A stretch of 60,666 bases of DNA from Thermoproteota archaeon (lineage in GTDB: Archaea > Thermoproteota > EX4484-205 > JAAOZP01). Location of the stretch: positions 1-60,666 of the forward strand of contig JAWBXT010000002.1 of the NCBI GenBank assembly GCA_038867695.1. The letters run 5' to 3'. Below, piece by piece: positions 1 through 8,484 of this stretch (position 1 is its first letter; each line of letters opens with the position of its first letter). Position numbers and translations under genes: made by a program. The notes beneath the pieces are model-generated. The model searched no databases, had not been told where the DNA came from, and saw nothing but the letters and a program-made list of their open reading frames with translations.

Positions 1-954
1 TTGAAGATAGCCTATTTGAGGAGGGTTGAAAGGCTGTTTGGGCTGGCGTCGGAAGACATGACGCATAGGGAATGGTCGACTATGGCTAGGAAAATCGCAG
101 AGAGCTTCAGCCAGGGTGATGCTGGAGTATTACTGCTGCACGGCACTGACACGATGCACTACACCTCTGCAGCATTATCCTTCATGCTAAGAGGGTTGAA
201 TGCTCCAGTCGTACTGGTTGGCTCTCAAAGGTCTAGTGACAGGGGCTCTAGAGATTCTGATATGAACATAATATGCGGCCTCCATGCTGCTGCTAAAGCA
301 AACCTCGGAGAAGTCGTTGTATGCATGCATGCTGAATCAGGCGATACCTTCAACTATCTGATTAGGGGCACGAGAGTTAGGAAAATGCATTCAACTAGGA
401 GAGACGCCTTTAAGCCAATAAACTCTCTACCACTCGCAAAGGTTTGGCCAGACGGTAGGATTGAAATGATCACAGACAACTTCAGACCCCGGAGCAGAGA
501 GCCTCCCACCGTAGACGATGTCTTCGAGCCTAAGACCGCATTGGTAAAAGCATATCCTGGTTCAAGCCCTGAGATAATAGATTTCCTCATAGACAAGGGG
601 TATAGGGGAATAGTGATAGAAGGGACTGGTATGGGCCATGTTCCAACCGAGCCGTTGGATAAAAACCTATCATGGGTCCGTAGCATTAAGAGAGGAATAG
701 AAGAAGGTGTTTTCTTCGCAATGACTACACAATGTATATTCGGAAGGGTAAACCCGTACGTCTACAGGAATGCTAGGATAATGGCTAAACTGGGGGTTGT
801 GTATTGCGAAGACATGCTTAGTGAAGTGGCGTATGTTAAACTCGGGTGGCTCTTGGGTCATGGGTTTGATAACGATACTGTTAAGAAGCTGATGCTACAT
901 GACTTCGCCGGGGAAATGTCTGAGAGATCCCTATATTCAACCTACACGCTCTAG
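1..954 (+). CDS. gatD: Glutamyl-tRNA(Gln) amidotransferase subunit D (GatD), C-terminal asparaginase-like part; the 5' end lies outside the window
   Basis: ORF open from base 1. Asparaginase-fold motifs HGTDTM, VGSQRSSDR and RKMHSTRRDAF are typical of archaeal GatD. Confidence 0.85.
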   Translation: MKIAYLRRVERLFGLASEDMTHREWSTMARKIAESFSQGDAGVLLLHGTDTMHYTSAALSFMLRGLNAPVVLVGSQRSSDRGSRDSDMNIICGLHAAAKANLGEVVVCMHAESGDTFNYLIRGTRVRKMHSTRRDAFKPINSLPLAKVWPDGRIEMITDNFRPRSREPPTVDDVFEPKTALVKAYPGSSPEIIDFLIDKGYRGIVIEGTGMGHVPTEPLDKNLSWVRSIKRGIEEGVFFAMTTQCIFGRVNPYVYRNARIMAKLGVVYCEDMLSEVAYVKLGWLLGHGFDNDTVKKLMLHDFAGEMSERSLYSTYTL

Positions 955-1190
955 CTCTTCCTCTTCTTTATAACCAGTTTCTTCTTATCCGAGAGAACCC
1001 TATAATCCTCGCTCAACTTCTTTTTACAGAGAAACCATCTAGCAGCTTTTCTGAGCCTAGTATTAGAAATGTTTTCGAAAACAATTCTCCCTCCTTCTCC
1101 ACCAGCTTTTGCTGAAAGCTTCTTCTCTAGAAACTCTCTAAGCTCCCTTTGAGCATCTCCAGGAAGCTTGGAAGCATCCAGTTCAGCCAT
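951..1190 (-). CDS. Small basic hypothetical protein (79 aa)
   Basis: ORF with a TATA-like CAATTTAAAT about 25 nt upstream of its ATG. Lys/Arg-rich C-terminus; no family recognised. Confidence 0.45.
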   Translation of the reverse strand: MAELDASKLPGDAQRELREFLEKKLSAKAGGEGGRIVFENISNTRLRKAARWFLCKKKLSEDYRVLSDKKKLVIKKRKS

Positions 1191-1223
1191 GGGTAGGCAA
1201 CAAATACTCCTGATTTAAATTGT

Positions 1224-1922
1224 TTACTGTCTTAAATGCTCATTTACTTCTAAAAATATCCGCTGGAGCCAGGGCCTCTTAAGGCCCATTGATTTTACCC
1301 GCACAACTGCTTTGACAACAAGATAGTAGGAGGGGATTATGGATATAAGTGAGTGTATAACATTGAAAACTGCTGTGAAAACTAGCGTCATTAGCAATAT
1401 TGCGTAAGGAGAATCTGCTTGAAAACCGATAGTTGCCCTAAGATATTTAGCAGCAAGGTCTAGAAAGAGGGGAAAGAACCACCAAAGCACCAGGAAGTTC
1501 ATCAGGGAGGTAACGATTATCCTTACAGCTACTGCTAGAATGGTGCCCAAGGTCATAGATAGCAATATGCTTGGGTTTTTCCTAATTCTCCTGCTTAAAA
1601 CGAAGCCCGCCCAGAGGCCTAGAATGGTGGGAGCCACTGCTAAGAATTTCATAAGAGGTCCTATCGGCGTCCACTCGCCGACCATGGTAAGAATAATCCA
1701 GTATATTACTGAAGAAAGTAGTCCAGATAAGGGCCCTGCCACGAAGAAAGCCATTACGACAGGTATCTCTGCAAGCTCGAACTTAAGATAGGGAAGTATG
1801 GGGAAGGCAAAAACAACCTTGTAAACGGTAAGGAAAATCGCTAGGCCAGCACACAAAGAGGCAAGTACAATTTCAAACGCACTGTATCGTATAAATCGGT
1901 TTATCTTATTCTCCTCCTTCAT
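1224..1922 (-). CDS. Polytopic membrane protein, ECF-transporter S-component-like
   Basis: About 6 hydrophobic helices with S-component-like size and layout. Own TATA (TTTATAAA) about 30 nt upstream. Confidence 0.55.
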   Translation of the reverse strand: MKEENKINRFIRYSAFEIVLASLCAGLAIFLTVYKVVFAFPILPYLKFELAEIPVVMAFFVAGPLSGLLSSVIYWIILTMVGEWTPIGPLMKFLAVAPTILGLWAGFVLSRRIRKNPSILLSMTLGTILAVAVRIIVTSLMNFLVLWWFFPLFLDLAAKYLRATIGFQADSPYAILLMTLVFTAVFNVIHSLISIIPSYYLVVKAVVRVKSMGLKRPWLQRIFLEVNEHLRQ

Positions 1923-2262
1923 TAAGGCTGTTTTTTAAATCACTCATAATTTATAAATTTTATTACAATGTAACAAAATGTTACAAAGAGAGTTAATGGA
2001 CTTTAACCGGTTTTTAAGACATAGGACACTATTAGCTGAAATCCATACTGTTTTCCAAGTCTCTCATAAGGGTCATACTCTAGACTATTACCCGCTTTTT
2101 TCCAACATTCTGTTTAACGAGTCTAAGATTTAAATGAGGCTGATGAATATCCTCCGCTTCTCTATCAATATCTCCTTAGAGAATGTCTTTTCTGACACTG
2201 CTTCACTCTACGAATACCAGTAAGAAGAGTTTAAAAAGCCCTCGTTTAATTGCTTGTGTATC

Positions 2263-3144
2263 TTGAAAATAATAATCGGCCCTGCCAGCACAGGCTTAGG
2301 AGAAAAAATATGTTCACTTTTGGGATTGGAGAAGATTAACGTTCATACTAAAGAGTTTCCAGACGGCGAGGTTTATGTAAGGTTGCTTGGTGACGTTAAG
2401 GATGTAGACGCGTTAATAATCCAGTCATTATCTCCTCCACAGGATAAGAACCTTATTATACTACTGCAATTAATAGCTGCATTCAAAGCCAACGGTGGCA
2501 AGGATGCTTTTCTCATAATCCCCTACATGGCTTACGCCCGCCAAGACAGGATATTCCTACCTGGAGAAAACGCTTCCGCACACTTGATTGCTAAGATAGT
2601 AGAAACTGCAGGTGCTGATCATGTGGCTCTGGTTGAGCCTCATAGTGAACATGCTGCCCAAGGTTTTAAAAACAAGATTATAATAGACGTAACCAATTCC
2701 TTCGCGAAGTATTATCTTGAGAACGGGTTTGAGGGGGCATATGTGGTTGCACCAGATAAGAATGCTGCTGCAAGAGCTCGGAGACTTGCTGAAATGATCG
2801 AAGGAGATTTCGGATGGGTTGAGAAGGTCAGAGATAAGGAAACAGGAGGAATCTCCTCTAGCGAAGGCGAGCTCAATCCGAGCGGTAGGAAGACTATTCT
2901 AATAGACGATATAATAAGCACTGGCGGCACTATTATTGAAGCTATGAAGCTACTGAAGGCGAAAGGTGCGTCGCACATATCCGTTGCTTGCATCCACGGT
3001 CTTTTCGTAGGCAATGCTTACGAAAAGATTAAGAATGCAGGTGCTTCAAGCATTTTATCATCAGATACCGTTGAAAATCAGTATTCGAATATTTCTGTTG
3101 CTGAGGATATAGTTAGGACGCTTAGGGAGAAGAACTGGATCTGA
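2263..3144 (+). CDS. prs: Ribose-phosphate pyrophosphokinase (PRPP synthetase)
   Basis: Motifs FPDGE, YMAYARQDR and PRPP-binding loop LIDDIISTGGT. The TTG at 2263 gives MKIIIGPAS and sits about 28 nt after TATA-like TTTAAAAA; the track ORF starts at 2254. Confidence 0.9.
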   Translation: MKIIIGPASTGLGEKICSLLGLEKINVHTKEFPDGEVYVRLLGDVKDVDALIIQSLSPPQDKNLIILLQLIAAFKANGGKDAFLIIPYMAYARQDRIFLPGENASAHLIAKIVETAGADHVALVEPHSEHAAQGFKNKIIIDVTNSFAKYYLENGFEGAYVVAPDKNAAARARRLAEMIEGDFGWVEKVRDKETGGISSSEGELNPSGRKTILIDDIISTGGTIIEAMKLLKAKGASHISVACIHGLFVGNAYEKIKNAGASSILSSDTVENQYSNISVAEDIVRTLREKNWI

Positions 3145-3157
3145 GCGATAAACAGAA

Positions 3158-4175
3158 ATGGGCTAAGCTTTTCGCACTCCTCTCAGGAGAACACGACAGG
3201 CTTCCCTTTGCTGAGCTAGAGGGGGCTCTTGAAGCAGAGAATGTTCCGAAGAATGTTCTTGAACCGTTAATCCAGGTTTACAGGTTTGAAGCGCCATTAG
3301 AACCTGCTTTAAGAGCATTCCGAAGGCTAGCCCTATCCCATTTCTTATACGAGGAGTTTTGCATACTGGAAAGGGGTGTTTCCGACAGTGAAGTAATCGA
3401 CTCTGTTTCAAGGAGGTGTCTCACCGGGAGTGTTGCTTTTAGAGTTAGGAGGGTCAGAGGTAGTCTCACTCCAGAAGAATCCGCCGACCTAGAGAGGAGG
3501 CTCAATGCTAAAGCTAAGAACACCGGATTACTCGTAGATTTGGAGAATCCTGAAAGCCTCATAGAGGTAATTGTCTCAGGAAGCTTTCTCTTAGTCGGTA
3601 AGAGAATTTGCTCTAGCGATAGACGTAGGGTGTTTTCAAGAAGTGGGGGCACTAAACCTTTCTTCCACCCCTCTAGCTTAAAGGCAGAGCTTGCCAGGGC
3701 AATGCTTAATCTTGCAAGAGTTAGGAAAGGCAGCATAATATTAGATCCATTCTCCGGTACGGGGACAATCCTCGTTGAGGCTTATGAGCTTCAAGCAATA
3801 CCGGTGGGACTGGAGATCGATCCTGCGATGGCCTACCCCTCCATCAGAAACTATAAATGGTTTGGAGCAGTTGGGGTTTGCCAAATACTGGGAGATGCGG
3901 GACACATGCCTTTTAGAAGCGTAGACGCTATTGTTACGGATCCTCCTTACGGGAGGAGGGCTTCAACACACGGCTTAGAATCGTTGAAGGTTTACAAAGG
4001 GTTTATAAAAAGCGCGGCTGGTGTACTTCGTGAAAGTGGCTGGATGGTCTTCCTCGCTCCAAGTGGAATGCCGGTTGAAGACTTTGTAGAGTCTAATGGC
4101 CTTAGAATCATGGAAACATATTTTATAGAGGTCCATTCGAGTCTTACCAGAAAGCTATTGGTGGCGAGAAATTGA
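3158..4175 (+). CDS. tRNA (guanine-N2)-methyltransferase, Trm11/Trm-G10-like (THUMP-like N-domain + SAM MTase); the start codon is 1 nt out of frame
   Basis: Frame 0 is open from 3126 and encodes KLFALLSGEHDRLPFAELEGAL..., LDPFSGTGT (SAM motif I) and VTDPPYG (motif IV). There is no ATG/GTG/TTG in that frame before 3540, and the ATG at 3158 is offset by one G. Confidence 0.75.
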
Positions 4176-5098
4176 GGAAGACTCTTCCCTTCGGAAGGCT
4201 TTTCCTATTGGGAACGTCTGCGGCAGTTCCGACTCCTAGTAGGAGTCATCCTTGCATAGCCCTATGGTGGAAGGGTGAGACAATACTATTCGATTGCGGA
4301 GAGGGGGCTCAGAGGCAGTTGATGATTGCTGGTTTAAGCATTGAGAAGATTTCAAACATATTCATAACACACATGCATGGAGACCACGTCCTCGGCCTCC
4401 CAGGTTTGTTAATGACGATGAGCCTTCAAAACAGGAGAAGTCCTCTTAGAATATTCGGTCCAAATGGACTCAGGCAATTCATAGAATCATGTTTACCAAT
4501 GATATTTCATCAGCCGACTTTCCCTCTTGATATTCAGGAATTTGTAGGGAACGTTTTAGTTACATCTGGTAAGAACTATAAGGTTTACTCGTATTGCGTA
4601 AAACATTCGATAGAATCGTATGCGTATTGTTTCAAAGAGGACGATAGGCCTGGAAAATTCAATGTTGAGAAGGCTGAGGAACTAGGAATCAAACCAGGAC
4701 CATTGAGGAGCATGCTTATCAGAGGAGAGTCGGTTAGGCTTAAAAACGGTAGGGTAATCAAGCCGGAGGAAGTCGTAGGCCCTCCCAGACCTGGAGTTAA
4801 GATAGTGTATACGGGCGATATGGGGAATACTCCTGGCTTTGAAGAGTTTTGTCGGAATACAGATATTCTAATACACGAGGCTACTTTCGACGAATCAATG
4901 GATACTCAAGCAGACGAGTTACAACATTCAACATGTATAGAAGCTGCTAAGCTTGCTGCTAAAGCAGGTGTTAAAAGACTCATACTGACTCACATAAGCT
5001 CCAGGTATGGCGATACCTCCGTAATACTGGAGCAGGCTAAGAGATTTTTCAATAATGTTCAAGTCGCTGAAGACTTCATGTCTATCGATATTTTCTAG
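4172..5098 (+). CDS. rnz: Ribonuclease Z (tRNA 3' endonuclease)
   Basis: Metallo-beta-lactamase motif HMHGDHVLGLPGLL, N-terminal LGTSAAVPT, about 300 aa. Start overlaps the upstream stop (TTGA). Confidence 0.9.
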   Translation: MRKTLPFGRLFLLGTSAAVPTPSRSHPCIALWWKGETILFDCGEGAQRQLMIAGLSIEKISNIFITHMHGDHVLGLPGLLMTMSLQNRRSPLRIFGPNGLRQFIESCLPMIFHQPTFPLDIQEFVGNVLVTSGKNYKVYSYCVKHSIESYAYCFKEDDRPGKFNVEKAEELGIKPGPLRSMLIRGESVRLKNGRVIKPEEVVGPPRPGVKIVYTGDMGNTPGFEEFCRNTDILIHEATFDESMDTQADELQHSTCIEAAKLAAKAGVKRLILTHISSRYGDTSVILEQAKRFFNNVQVAEDFMSIDIF

Positions 5099-5637
5099 AG
5101 AATCTCCTGAAGTTTCTTCAAAGTTTTTTCCTTAAGATCTTCTAGGCTACTTTCATTCAACACGTAAACATCGCTTAAGGCAATTACCCCACCCACTCCA
5201 ACTGAAATTTCAACCCTGTCTCTCTCCTCAAGCTCTTTAATCACTTTAGAGTCATCTGGCCTATTCCTATTTGAAAGCCTACTGTACCTTAGTCTTATTG
5301 GCGATAATACTCCTACCGTGGTTACAGAATAGCCCTTTGACTTGAAATATTCAACCTCTTTCAGAGATCTGACACCATCTACGATTATTACATCGCCCTC
5401 TATTTTCTCTATCTTCCTATCGACGAGCATTGCAACAGCATTCTCACCGAGTTCTCTCCTCAGTTCAATCATAAACTTACTCATTTCGATTATATTCTTA
5501 CTCAAACCACGTGCCTCTGCCTCCTCTCTGACAGCATCTCCCATCGACACGATTGGAAAACCTCCTTCACCCATTATCTTGGCGACAGTAGTCTTTCCAG
5601 AACCGGGCATTCCTGTTATAAGTATTAGGTGTTTCAA
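5095..5637 (-). CDS. P-loop nucleotide kinase-like protein (UPF0200 / dephospho-CoA-kinase-like)
   Basis: Walker A GMPGSGKTT right after the start, LKHLILITG. The TTG at 5637 (or 5640) lies about 25 nt downstream of a TATA. The longer track ORF runs into the divergent thpR gene. Confidence 0.7.
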   Translation of the reverse strand: MKHLILITGMPGSGKTTVAKIMGEGGFPIVSMGDAVREEAEARGLSKNIIEMSKFMIELRRELGENAVAMLVDRKIEKIEGDVIIVDGVRSLKEVEYFKSKGYSVTTVGVLSPIRLRYSRLSNRNRPDDSKVIKELEERDRVEISVGVGGVIALSDVYVLNESSLEDLKEKTLKKLQEIL

Positions 5638-5658
5638 CAAACTCTGCAATAGCGATAA

Positions 5659-5669
5659 GGTATATAAAC
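5659..5669. promoter_or_regulatory. Shared, near-palindromic TATA element (GGTATATAAAC) between divergent genes
   Basis: It lies about 25-30 nt from both the TTG at 5637 (minus strand) and the ATG at 5693 (plus strand) in a 55-bp intergenic region. Confidence 0.35.
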
Positions 5670-5692
5670 CATATCCTTGAAATAATTGGGAA

Positions 5693-6244
5693 ATGGTCAG
5701 AGTCTTCGTCTCATTAGACATTGAAGACGACAGTATAGGTAATAGGGTGTCTGAAATACAGAGGAGAATGGTTGAGACCCGTGCAGACTTGAAGCTTGTA
5801 GACACTAAGATTCTCCACATGACTCTGTTCTTCATAGGCGAGATTCACGAGAGTATGGTCAATGAACTATGCAGAGTCCTTTCTAGAGTTGAAGGACGTC
5901 CAGTGGAGATAGAACTCCGGGGACTTGGAGCATTCCCTACGGTCTCACAACCTAGAGTAGTATTTGCAAAAATCAATAAGGGTGCCGATAAGATCGTTGA
6001 CAGGGCTGGAAAGGTTTCTGAAGCTTTGTCAAGCCTTGGTTTAAGGATGAGTGAAGAGTTTTCTCCTCATATAACCTTGGCAAGAGTTAGGAGTCGTATT
6101 GGTGTCGATAAGCTTATAATGTTCATTAAAGATAATTCGGATATTCTCATCGGCGAAACCGTTACCAGTAGGCTTAGGCTCAAGAAGAGCATACTTACTC
6201 CCAAGGGGCCCATATATGAGACCCTCTGGGAAAAAATTGATTAA
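5693..6244 (+). CDS. thpR: RNA 2',3'-cyclic phosphodiesterase / 2'-5' RNA ligase family (2H phosphoesterase)
   Basis: Two HxT motifs (HMTLFF and HITLAR), about 180 aa. Confidence 0.85.
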   Translation: MVRVFVSLDIEDDSIGNRVSEIQRRMVETRADLKLVDTKILHMTLFFIGEIHESMVNELCRVLSRVEGRPVEIELRGLGAFPTVSQPRVVFAKINKGADKIVDRAGKVSEALSSLGLRMSEEFSPHITLARVRSRIGVDKLIMFIKDNSDILIGETVTSRLRLKKSILTPKGPIYETLWEKID

Positions 6245-6266
6245 TAAGCCTCGATGATTATAATCT

Positions 6267-7679
6267 ATGTCAGATAGTCTTCAAGAGGTTATTCAAGAGG
6301 TTTTAAGGAGAACCAAGCCAAGCATAGAAGAAAGAAACCATATGAACAATGTTCTCTCTAAGGTTGTTTCAAAGCTTCAAGAAGAGTTTAAGAATATTGA
6401 ACCCGAGGCGGATGTGCTTATCCAAGGTTCAGTAGCTAAGGATACTTGGTTAAGTGGAGAGACAGATGCCGATGTTTTCGTAAGATTTCCAATAAAATGG
6501 AAGAAGGATGAAATGGGTAGGAAATTGATAGATTATGTCAAGAGGGTTTTCGGCCCTGAGAGGTGTAGACTAAGATTTGCAGAACACCCTTATGTAACAG
6601 TCAGAATCGAGGGGATTAATGTAGACATTGTGCCGTGCTACAGGGTCAATAAAGGGGAGTATAGAAGTGCCACTGATAGGACTGTTTTTCACACGGAATT
6701 TATCAGGGAAAAGCTTAGTCCAGAAATGAGGGATGAAGCGCGTCTTCTGAAAAAGTTCTTCAAGGGCATAGGGGTATACGGTGCTGAGATAAAGACAAGA
6801 GGGTTCAGCGGCTTCTTGGTTGAGCTTCTAGTATACTCGTTAGGTGGATTCAAAGGAACACTTGAAAAACTGGTGTCTTTCAAGCCTCCTCTAATACTTG
6901 ATCCAGGTGAGTTGTACAAGGGTAGGGAAGAGGAATTGTACAGAAAGGCACGGGATAGTCTGATTTGCGTAATAGACCCTGTGGATGAGCTTAGGAATGT
7001 TGCTGCAGCTGTGAGTGGAGAGAGTCTGAGCATAGCGCAATACGCATCGTATCTAATGCTTAAGAAACCATCTGTTAAATTCTTCTACCCCACTCACAAG
7101 GCTTCTAAAGAGGAAATTAGGGAAATAGTGAGAAGCAGAGGGTTGAACATGTTTTCAATAACGATACCTGCTTGGACAGTTATCCCAGATATTCTATGGG
7201 GGCAAGCGTACAGGCTTCTCTCTAGGATCAGCATATTCCTTGAAGAAAACGAGTTTAGAGTCTTAATGAATAAGGTTTGGAGCGACGAGGAGAAGAACGT
7301 AGTATTACTGTTTATATTAGAGGAAGTTGAGAAGAGAGCGGCGGTCTTACATATGGGTCCTCCGTATTTCAGCAATAATGTTCCTATATTCATCGAAACA
7401 TATTTGAATAATGAGAGGACATTAGTACAGCCGTTTCCTAGAAATGGAAGATGGTGGACAATATTAAAGCCCAAGGCGAGGGATGTAAGTGAAGCTTTCT
7501 CCAAGGCGCTTTCGTCAAAAGAATTTCTTAAAGGTTTTTCAGATAATATTTTGAAGGCGCTCTCTGAAAGCAAAATGTGTTACGGTGAGGATGTTGTTGA
7601 AGCCGTAGACAATGCTGGTTATCTATCTTTCTTAGAGAAAAATATTCACCCCTTCTCCTGGATGCTTAGAGAAGACTAG
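6267..7679 (+). CDS. cca: CCA-adding enzyme (archaeal class I tRNA nucleotidyltransferase)
   Basis: GSVAKDTWLSGETDADVFV nucleotidyltransferase motif, about 470 aa. The tRNA in this window does not encode CCA. Confidence 0.9.
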   Translation: MSDSLQEVIQEVLRRTKPSIEERNHMNNVLSKVVSKLQEEFKNIEPEADVLIQGSVAKDTWLSGETDADVFVRFPIKWKKDEMGRKLIDYVKRVFGPERCRLRFAEHPYVTVRIEGINVDIVPCYRVNKGEYRSATDRTVFHTEFIREKLSPEMRDEARLLKKFFKGIGVYGAEIKTRGFSGFLVELLVYSLGGFKGTLEKLVSFKPPLILDPGELYKGREEELYRKARDSLICVIDPVDELRNVAAAVSGESLSIAQYASYLMLKKPSVKFFYPTHKASKEEIREIVRSRGLNMFSITIPAWTVIPDILWGQAYRLLSRISIFLEENEFRVLMNKVWSDEEKNVVLLFILEEVEKRAAVLHMGPPYFSNNVPIFIETYLNNERTLVQPFPRNGRWWTILKPKARDVSEAFSKALSSKEFLKGFSDNILKALSESKMCYGEDVVEAVDNAGYLSFLEKNIHPFSWMLRED

Positions 7680-8394
7680 CAAACAACTTTGCAGAATCAA
7701 GCATCTTCTTATTGTTGAATAAAACATAGATCTCTTCAGCATCCTTTAAACTATTTACAATGTTTAACAACTTCTTCAAATCCCCCAAGCTATATTCATA
7801 GCTATAATTGTATCTTTTTCCAAGACCGTGGAGTCTAAAGTAGTATACTCCAGTAGTTAGAGGCTGATCCCAGAACGGGTCTACTACATGAATCAATTCA
7901 AGCTTCTCCAGTAGGCTTTTCGTAATGTTTTTCTTCTCCAACCATTCCCCCCGAGGCTCCCAAGCAAGGAATAACCCTCCTCTATCTATTTCTTTGAAGA
8001 ACTTCCTCATATTATCGATATTCTTAGGAGAGGGGTTGAAGCTCGGAGGAGTTTGTAAAACAACTATCTTCGCACCAAGCTTATTAGCGATCTCCAATGT
8101 TTTATCCCAGGCTTCAAAGACTTTTCTTGAAGGATTAAAGTTACCATAATCCTTGAGCTCCCCCTTGCTTAACCCGCTTCTCTTCCAGGTCGGGCTCTCA
8201 GGCGGATGCGTAACACCCTGCCAAGCCTTTAGGGTGAATTCAAAATCCTCGGGGGCTTGCCTCCTCCACTTTTCCGCAGTCTTAGGCATGGGAAGCTTGT
8301 AAAAAGTAGACTGTAATTCAACGAGATCGAACTCGGAGAAATACCTACTCAAGGAAAGCGGGAAACCGCAACAACCGTATTTAATAACTGCCAA
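7666..8394 (-). CDS. DUF72 (UPF0759) family protein
   Basis: N-terminal IKYGCCGF...LVELQSTFYKLP pattern and length typical of DUF72. Confidence 0.75.
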   Translation of the reverse strand: MAVIKYGCCGFPLSLSRYFSEFDLVELQSTFYKLPMPKTAEKWRRQAPEDFEFTLKAWQGVTHPPESPTWKRSGLSKGELKDYGNFNPSRKVFEAWDKTLEIANKLGAKIVVLQTPPSFNPSPKNIDNMRKFFKEIDRGGLFLAWEPRGEWLEKKNITKSLLEKLELIHVVDPFWDQPLTTGVYYFRLHGLGKRYNYSYEYSLGDLKKLLNIVNSLKDAEEIYVLFNNKKMLDSAKLFASLL

Positions 8395-8484
8395 TCCTAG
8401 GATTATATGGCTAAACTTAGACTTAAAAACAATATGGAAAAGGCTTTATACTTCCTGCTTTAAAAACCCGTGTGTGAAGCGAGG

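Noticed and set aside
2139-2195. Possible C/D-box sRNA: GCTGATGA (2139-2146) and CTGA (2192-2195), 45 nt apart, in the 340-bp prs upstream region
   Set aside because: No recognisable internal D' or C' boxes and no terminal complementary stem. UGAUGA and CUGA are short enough to occur by chance.
3163-3736. Minus-strand ORFs 3163-3411 and 3278-3736
   Set aside because: They lie antisense to the conserved N-terminal domain of the Trm11-like gene, whose plus-strand frame is open from 3126. They have no motifs and a Ser/Leu-rich composition typical of shadow ORFs.
5638-5835. N-terminal 66 codons of track ORF 5095-5835
   Set aside because: The extension overlaps the divergent thpR gene and the intergenic TATA. 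The P-loop family normally starts a few residues before GxPGSGKT, and a TTG at 5637/5640 fits.
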